Source of the DNA: an uncultured virus (IMG/VR IMGVR_UViG_3300028602_000003)
Taxonomy: Duplodnaviria > Heunggongvirae > Uroviricota > Caudoviricetes > Schitoviridae
Length of the DNA: 64,000 nt
Strand: one strand, 5' to 3'
IMG/VR virus record: IMGVR_UViG_3300028602_000003
Below the pieces are notes generated by a model, which saw only the letters and a program-made list of their open reading frames with translations, had not been told where the DNA came from and searched no databases. The position numbers and the translations under genes are program-made. Position 1 is the first letter of the stretch. Every line of letters begins with the position of its first letter. Positions 58,801-64,000 of the stretch are shown here, piece after piece.

Positions 58801-59326
58801 TTTTACCAGTAAGCCTTTCGACTTCACCCAAGTACTTAAGAATGGCAGCACGCAATGGTGCTTTGAGATTGTTAAACAACAAAGCAGACTTCTCAGGGCA
58901 AGCTTCGTTAAACACCCAAGCAGCATTGTTCAACGCAGTGCCCCAATTCTCAGCATCAGCGGTGTAATCAATGCCTTGCTTTACTGGTTCAGGTTTTACC
59001 TCTGGTTCACCTTGCTCAACAGCATCTTCGAAAAACTTCCCCATCGTGTAGTAACCACGTTGAGACACAGTGGTGCGTAGCACGTCTTTACGTACATCAA
59101 CGTACTCAACACCCAGCTGCTTCATCGTTGGCGGGTTATCCATCTTGGCCACTAAAGCCATGAAGTGTGCGAAGTCACTTGGGAAACAGGTTATTACATG
59201 GGGGCGATCCCACGTTTCACTGATACCGAAAGCTGTACTGAGCTGATGGATAACCTTGTTCTGTACAGCCAGTGATAGTGTCATGCGTACACGAGGGACA
59301 GGTTTGTACTTGTCGTTGCTCATCAC
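58793..59326 (-). CDS. Hypothetical protein
   Basis: ORF track; overlaps neighbours. Confidence 0.55.
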   Translation of the reverse strand: MMSNDKYKPVPRVRMTLSLAVQNKVIHQLSTAFGISETWDRPHVITCFPSDFAHFMALVAKMDNPPTMKQLGVEYVDVRKDVLRTTVSQRGYYTMGKFFEDAVEQGEPEVKPEPVKQGIDYTADAENWGTALNNAAWVFNEACPEKSALLFNNLKAPLRAAILKYLGEVERLTGKNE

Positions 59327-59532
59327 AAAACCTCTTGGTTATTGAAATACCGACGAAGGTAGTACCCACGCAACAAACTCCACACAGTGCAAATGATCAC
59401 TGTAATGGTGGCAGCAATGGTCTTGTCTTCGATTGAGTAGAGAACCAATACAGTGATAATCCAGCTTCCAATGAAGCCAATAGTGGTATTGGTTACTACC
59501 TCTTTAGCGGATTGTCTCTTTGACTGGCACAT
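59323..59532 (-). CDS. Small two-TM membrane protein
   Basis: QSKRQS..E...N..IGF start, SLLRGYYLRRYFN end. Confidence 0.65.
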   Translation of the reverse strand: MCQSKRQSAKEVVTNTTIGFIGSWIITVLVLYSIEDKTIAATITVIICTVWSLLRGYYLRRYFNNQEVL

Positions 59533-60359
59533 CAGACATCACGCATGAAGTACTGGTGAATGCAGCTGTTAAGCAGACGAATACCAATATTCATCTCCTC
59601 ATTCTGGATCTTCAGCATCTTGATGATCTCAGCTACATCCTTACCCTGTTTAGTTTTGCTGAACATGCGGCGATACTTGATGAACAAGTCAATGCTTGGG
59701 ATAGCAGCCTCAAGCTCGGCCAATGTTACCGGGCTGGTTGAATAGACCAATGGCACACGACCAACGAACTCAGTACGCAGGCCAGCATCTTTAAGCTGAG
59801 CCAAGGTGGTGATCTCTTGGTTGCTGTAAGCACCAGCGAAGATGAACAGGCTGTTCTCAATCACCGTTGGTTCGTATTTGCCGTAGTCAGTGAACACGCT
59901 GGTGTACTTGCTTTCCAGGCTAGTCAGGAATTCATCCTGTACAGCAGAGCGGAAGCTTTCAGTGGTCTCACCATTACGCTGAAAGAGCTTGTCGAACTCA
60001 TCCACAAAGATGATGTTCGGCTCATTCCAGTGATCACGCAGCTTACGCAGTGCCTTGGACAGACTGTTACCAGACAAGCCTTCAGTAGTGATACCAGCAG
60101 CATTCACCTCAATGAATGGGATCTTGAGCTTCTGGGCATTCTGTTTGATCAGAAAGGACTTACCCGTACCACTCTCACCAGTCAGGTGAAAGTGAGGGCG
60201 GATCTCTGCATCACTGTCTTTGAAGATGGTGAAGATCTTTTCGATCTGTTGGTTGATCTTTACTTGTGAAGGGAATACCAGATTGCCGTGATCATCGACA
60301 ACAGCAACAGGGTTGCTTGGTACGTTACCGTTGAACAACTGTGCTTTTGCTGATGCCAT
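59532..60359 (-). CDS. AAA+ ATPase, ClpX/HslU-like
   Basis: GESGTGKS, IIFVDEFDKL, VQDEFL, LFIFAGA, EFVGRVP. Confidence 0.8.
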   Translation of the reverse strand: MASAKAQLFNGNVPSNPVAVVDDHGNLVFPSQVKINQQIEKIFTIFKDSDAEIRPHFHLTGESGTGKSFLIKQNAQKLKIPFIEVNAAGITTEGLSGNSLSKALRKLRDHWNEPNIIFVDEFDKLFQRNGETTESFRSAVQDEFLTSLESKYTSVFTDYGKYEPTVIENSLFIFAGAYSNQEITTLAQLKDAGLRTEFVGRVPLVYSTSPVTLAELEAAIPSIDLFIKYRRMFSKTKQGKDVAEIIKMLKIQNEEMNIGIRLLNSCIHQYFMRDV

Positions 60360-60376
60360 TACGTTCTCCTAGTCAT

Positions 60377-60403
60377 AAAAAAGCCCACCATGAAGGTGGG
60401 CTT
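60377..60403 (-). terminator. Intrinsic terminator
   Basis: AAAAAAGCCCACC-ATGAA-GGTGGGCTT on + strand. Confidence 0.7.
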
Positions 60404-60430
60404 GTGAAGTTAATAAACCCAAGAAAGGAT

Positions 60431-60916
60431 TTATGGAGCGGTAACAGTCACAGCACAGGTCGCAGTAAAACCACCATCTTCGGTGGTGACAGTGATCACC
60501 ACTGGTTCAGTGGTCACTTCTACGGCAGTGATCAGACCAGTTTCGCTAACAGTGGCCTTGGTTACATCGCTTGATGCATAGGTAACAGCATCAATGGTTG
60601 GTGCAACAGGGATGAGTGTAGGGGTCAGCTGCTGGGTAGCCAGTACAGCCAGCGACACACTACGAGGGGATACAGTAATGCCTTGTACTGAGGCAAAGTT
60701 CAGGGTGATCGTTTGCATATTCTCTTCGCCGATGGCGTAGAGAGCATCACGAACATGGTGCCAAACCACATGGTTTACGGTAGCACCCAGCGGATCAACA
60801 CTGTTTTCATGCTCGAAAGAACCAATGTCAGTGGAACCAACAGGGACTGCTTCCCCGTCTACTTGGAGAGTAACCACACGAGTGGTCTCGTTGTATGCGA
60901 TTTGCAGGATGGTCAT
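60431..60916 (-). CDS. Ig-like (Big_2) domain protein, probable capsid decoration protein (N4 gp17 position)
   Basis: VTYASSD..KATVSETGLITAV...TTEDGGFTATCAVTV; directly downstream of RNAP2. Confidence 0.75.
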   Translation of the reverse strand: MTILQIAYNETTRVVTLQVDGEAVPVGSTDIGSFEHENSVDPLGATVNHVVWHHVRDALYAIGEENMQTITLNFASVQGITVSPRSVSLAVLATQQLTPTLIPVAPTIDAVTYASSDVTKATVSETGLITAVEVTTEPVVITVTTEDGGFTATCAVTVTAP

Positions 60917-60972
60917 TTTTGTATCCTCTTACATAAAAAAATTATGGACTCCCCGAAGGAAGTCCATAGAGT

Positions 60973-61160
60973 TTAACTTAACGAATAGTTTGCCTGTAGA
61001 ACATCATCAGCCAAGGTAGCGTCAAGCTTTCCGATTACTACGTCATAGCCTAGTAGCTGTGATAGCACACTGCTGAGCAGGTTTGACTTGGCAATCAGAT
61101 ACAGTTGGCGGTTGTACTGCATACGCAGGTCATTGCCATAGTTGGGCAAGCAACGGAAAC
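60973..61160 (-). CDS. RNA polymerase II subunit 2 (N4 gp16-like), exon 2 (absent from ORF track)
   Basis: Joined gives VHD-C-FRCLPNYGNDLR...ANYSLS*; spliced CDS 1209 nt, 402 aa. Confidence 0.88.
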
Positions 61161-62142
61161 CACTTGTTTACTGTGAGCGTTACCTCACAGCCTTAGACAC
61201 CATGATTAACATGGAAACCATATTTCACATCAGCAGCTTTCCTGGCTGCGGCTGCTTCATCTAGTGTTTTGTAAGAGCCTAATCCGACTTGTTTACGATT
61301 CACCATAATGAAAGCTTGGTACTTACCTGACGGTAATTTACGTACTCCTTGTACGCCGGATGTGTTATTGCGACGCAATCGCATATTCATCTGGTTTTCT
61401 CGACTACCCACATCTCTCATGTTGAGCCAACGATTGTTGGACCGGTCATGATCAATGTGGTCAATCTGTACTGGCCACTCTCCTGTCTGCATCATCCATA
61501 TGACCCTATGGGCAAGGTATTCCTTTCCCCCAATAGACATACTGCGATACCCCCCACTATGTGAGTAAGTAGCAATATTCCCCTTGGTTCCCTGTAAAGT
61601 GTCCAGCTTTCTTGTTATTTCCCCTGAGTAAGGGCAGTAACTAAAGACTGCTAGTAACTCTGCTTGGGTTATTACGGTCATATTTGTTATGCGGTTTTTG
61701 CACTGATAACAGAGATGCCCTACGTTGCTTTTGCGGGCATCGTAGATGTTTACTACGTACCGGTTTGGGCAGTAGTGGCATACGCATTTGGCTTTGTGTT
61801 TGGAGAGTTTTTGAATAATTTGATGGTCTTGTAGCATATGGCTTACTCGGTTTGTGCATGATGGTTTAGATCATACCCTAACCTTGTTACTAAGTCTCCG
61901 TCTTTCGTCGGAGTGTCGGACTATATCTTCACCCTCTGTAAACAGTAGGGGCAAGGCACTTCAGCGGGGACTTCCCTCGCTTACGGACATTATTCACCGT
62001 TCTGGTGTCTCGTCCTAGTCTCTGAACCTTCTATACATTCCTGCATAGCTTGGCTGCTGATTGGCATAGGCGTAAGCCCTTAGCTTTCCAGCAATTCACC
62101 TTGTATCGGTACGGATTACTCCGTAAAGGACCGTTTATATTC
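61161..62142 (-). mobile_element. Group I intron with HNH ORF in the 3' (P9) region
   Basis: P AATTGCTGGAAA (62085-62096), Q AATCAGCAG (62054-62062), R GTTCAGAGACTA (62016-62027), S AAGATATAGTC (61919-61929); P1 GACU/GGUC. Confidence 0.93.
61193..61837 (-). CDS. Intron-encoded HNH endonuclease with N-terminal Cys cluster and AP2-like C-terminus
   Basis: CHYC...CYQC, IDHIDHDRSNNRWLN, NNTSGVQGV. Confidence 0.9.
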   Translation of the reverse strand: MLQDHQIIQKLSKHKAKCVCHYCPNRYVVNIYDARKSNVGHLCYQCKNRITNMTVITQAELLAVFSYCPYSGEITRKLDTLQGTKGNIATYSHSGGYRSMSIGGKEYLAHRVIWMMQTGEWPVQIDHIDHDRSNNRWLNMRDVGSRENQMNMRLRRNNTSGVQGVRKLPSGKYQAFIMVNRKQVGLGSYKTLDEAAAARKAADVKYGFHVNHGV

Positions 62143-63163
62143 AGTCATGCACAGTCAGGATCTGGAAAGGCTTCTCAGGCAGGCTGTCGATAAGCTCCCA
62201 GATGTCCTTGTGATCCACCAGCATGGCGTTATGCACCTGGATATGATCCAAGATGCGTGCAGACAGATAGCCGGTCTTCTTGTAGTGATCCCACAAGGTC
62301 TGGACCATACGGCTATCTTTATCCTCCTTTGGTTCCTCAATGATGTGGCAGTTGTCCATAGCGTTGATGCAACGAATGATCACAGCAGGATCATAGTCAC
62401 AGCGACGTACCATCTCACGAACGATCATGCCGTCAAAGGTGTGGGTTGAGTTAGCCCCCAATGAACGACCGCCTTCGGTAGGCATATTCACTTCAGTGAA
62501 TACATCGAAAGGCTCATTAAGGAAGTGAACAGTCTCTTTGACTTTGCCCATTACCTTCCACTTAGCATGGAAGTTGTCAGGCATCACCAGTGAGTAGCTG
62601 TAAGCTTCTGGGTTCCAAATAGACAGGTATGTCTCATTCAGTTCCCATGCAGCAGGAGCTACTGTCTTCATCACGTCGTAGAACACGTTAAGCAATGTAC
62701 CTGTGCCAAATACATCCTTAGGCACAGCAGTGGAGCCATACAGCGCAGTCAGGATGGCATCCTTGGTTCGCTCTCGGGAGATAACACTGCTCTCGCCAAG
62801 GGCACGTACCATCATCTCGTAGATGACTGTGTAGGCATCCTCACGGTCACCTGTATCAACTACGTTGCACAGTTCAGCAGCACTGCGATCACCTGTCAGT
62901 ACAGCCAAGATCTGGAAACCAGAGGCAGTAGCATCGAGTGAGATTGGGTAGCCAGAAGCTTCACCACGTTCAGCTGCCTTGAAGGCATTGATACCAGCGA
63001 AGTACATAGCTGGTTCTTTGGCTTCTTTGATGAGATCAAGCAGGTGGTGACTATTGTTGTCGAACCAAGTAAGACGCTCATTCCAGCTCTTCTTGTCTAA
63101 GCCATAGCTGTTGGCTATGTCGATCTTTAGATACTCTTTACCAGTGAAAGTTTGAAAAGCCAT
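62143..63163 (-). CDS. RNA polymerase II subunit 2 (N4 gp16-like), exon 1
   Basis: YLKIDIAN, motif A DATASGFQ, motif B K.AI....YGS; ends at motif C VHD. Confidence 0.9.
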
Positions 63164-63209
63164 GCTTATTACTCCTAGTTAATTGGATGCGTCTTTGGCC
63201 TGTTGCTAT

Positions 63210-64000
63210 TTACTGAGTAACTTCCTGATTAGCGAAGTTGATGGTTGCCTTGTTCCAAGGTGCTCCTTGGTAGTTCACGTGATAGCCTTGAGCATATGAA
63301 CGACCACGTTTGTCATAGCTATGGGTTAAGTGAAATACATCAGTGTGCTCACTGATCACTGCAATCACGTCATGAGCAGTACGGTCATACTTCTCAAAGG
63401 CACGCTTACGCTTTTCAAAGTCTTGCTTTGATTCACCTTCTTTAGGCTTATCGAGATTACGCCATTGGTTCTTAACCATAGCGATAACGTCATGGTTAAA
63501 GGACAGCTCAACACTGTTGCAGTGGTTGATATGGTCCAGACACACATCATCATCATGATGGTTGTCTTTCAGAATGATTGACTTACTACTAGTGAGATAA
63601 CCATTCTGGGAGTTGTTATTCACTTTCTTGGGTCGCACTACCATAGGCAGTGGGTACTGATAACGATCAAGATCTTCTTGAACATCATCACTGATACCGA
63701 AGCGATGGATGAATACCTTGAGTGCTGGATTCCAGTCCACCAAGTCATACTCTGCACATAGCAGGATCATGTCAGTAGTCTGTTGCACATCGTCATACAT
63801 CTTGTTGAGTACACCTACCAAAGTAGGCAGGTCACAGCGCTTATGCAGCACCATCTGAGCCAATAGGTTGAATCCAAACTTTGGATCAATGCCTACGTTC
63901 TCCATGTGTTCCAGGTAGCCTTTCTCTGAGATGAACTCAGACTTGATACGACTAAGTGTCTGGTTCTTGTTGTACAGCTTTTCAAGCTGGCGTTGCTGAT
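63210..64000 (-). CDS. RNA polymerase II subunit 1 (N4 gp15-like), 5' end outside window
   Basis: Frame stays open to the window edge (QLEKLYNKNQ); YQYPLPMVV and YDKRGRSYAQGYHVNYQG motifs. Confidence 0.9.
   Translation of the reverse strand, partial: QQRQLEKLYNKNQTLSRIKSEFISEKGYLEHMENVGIDPKFGFNLLAQMVLHKRCDLPTLVGVLNKMYDDVQQTTDMILLCAEYDLVDWNPALKVFIHRFGISDDVQEDLDRYQYPLPMVVRPKKVNNNSQNGYLTSSKSIILKDNHHDDDVCLDHINHCNSVELSFNHDVIAMVKNQWRNLDKPKEGESKQDFEKRKRAFEKYDRTAHDVIAVISEHTDVFHLTHSYDKRGRSYAQGYHVNYQGAPWNKATINFANQEVTQ

Noticed and set aside
1..64000. tRNA genes, integrase or repressor
   Set aside because: None recognised by eye; a tRNAscan-SE run would be needed to exclude tRNAs formally.

Overview
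This window is most of the genome of an N4-like podophage (Schitoviridae). The host is probably a Gammaproteobacterium; Pseudomonas is suggested by imported gene modules but is an inference. The + strand (1-28053) carries the late module: end of the terminase, a beta-helix tailspike, the lysis cassette (holin, SAR endolysin, nested Rz/Rz1), portal, capsid, ejection proteins and a 3585-aa virion RNA polymerase. The - strand (28069-64000) carries middle and early genes: RuvC-like resolvase, SSB, AAA ATPase, primase, exonuclease, DNA polymerase, helicase, rIIA/rIIB, ThyX, dCTP deaminase, a MoxR/vWA pair, an Ig-domain protein and the two-subunit RNAP II. Main observations: (1) three group I introns, each with an HNH endonuclease, interrupt the gp44-like ATPase, the MoxR-like ATPase and the RNAP II active-site motif, and their splice sites can be read from the sequence; (2) the DNA polymerase is split into two separately translated polypeptides by an HNH gene with no intron or intein, and each fragment carries a novel tail that looks like half of a circularly permuted domain; (3) the heptamer TTGGTTC/GAACCAA is about 10-fold over-represented across the window; (4) there is a hairpin-rich non-coding region of about 310 nt; (5) an unannotated 57-aa stand-alone tailspike-terminus-like gene lies on the late strand inside the middle region. 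Product calls come from motif recognition and N4 synteny, not from database searches.
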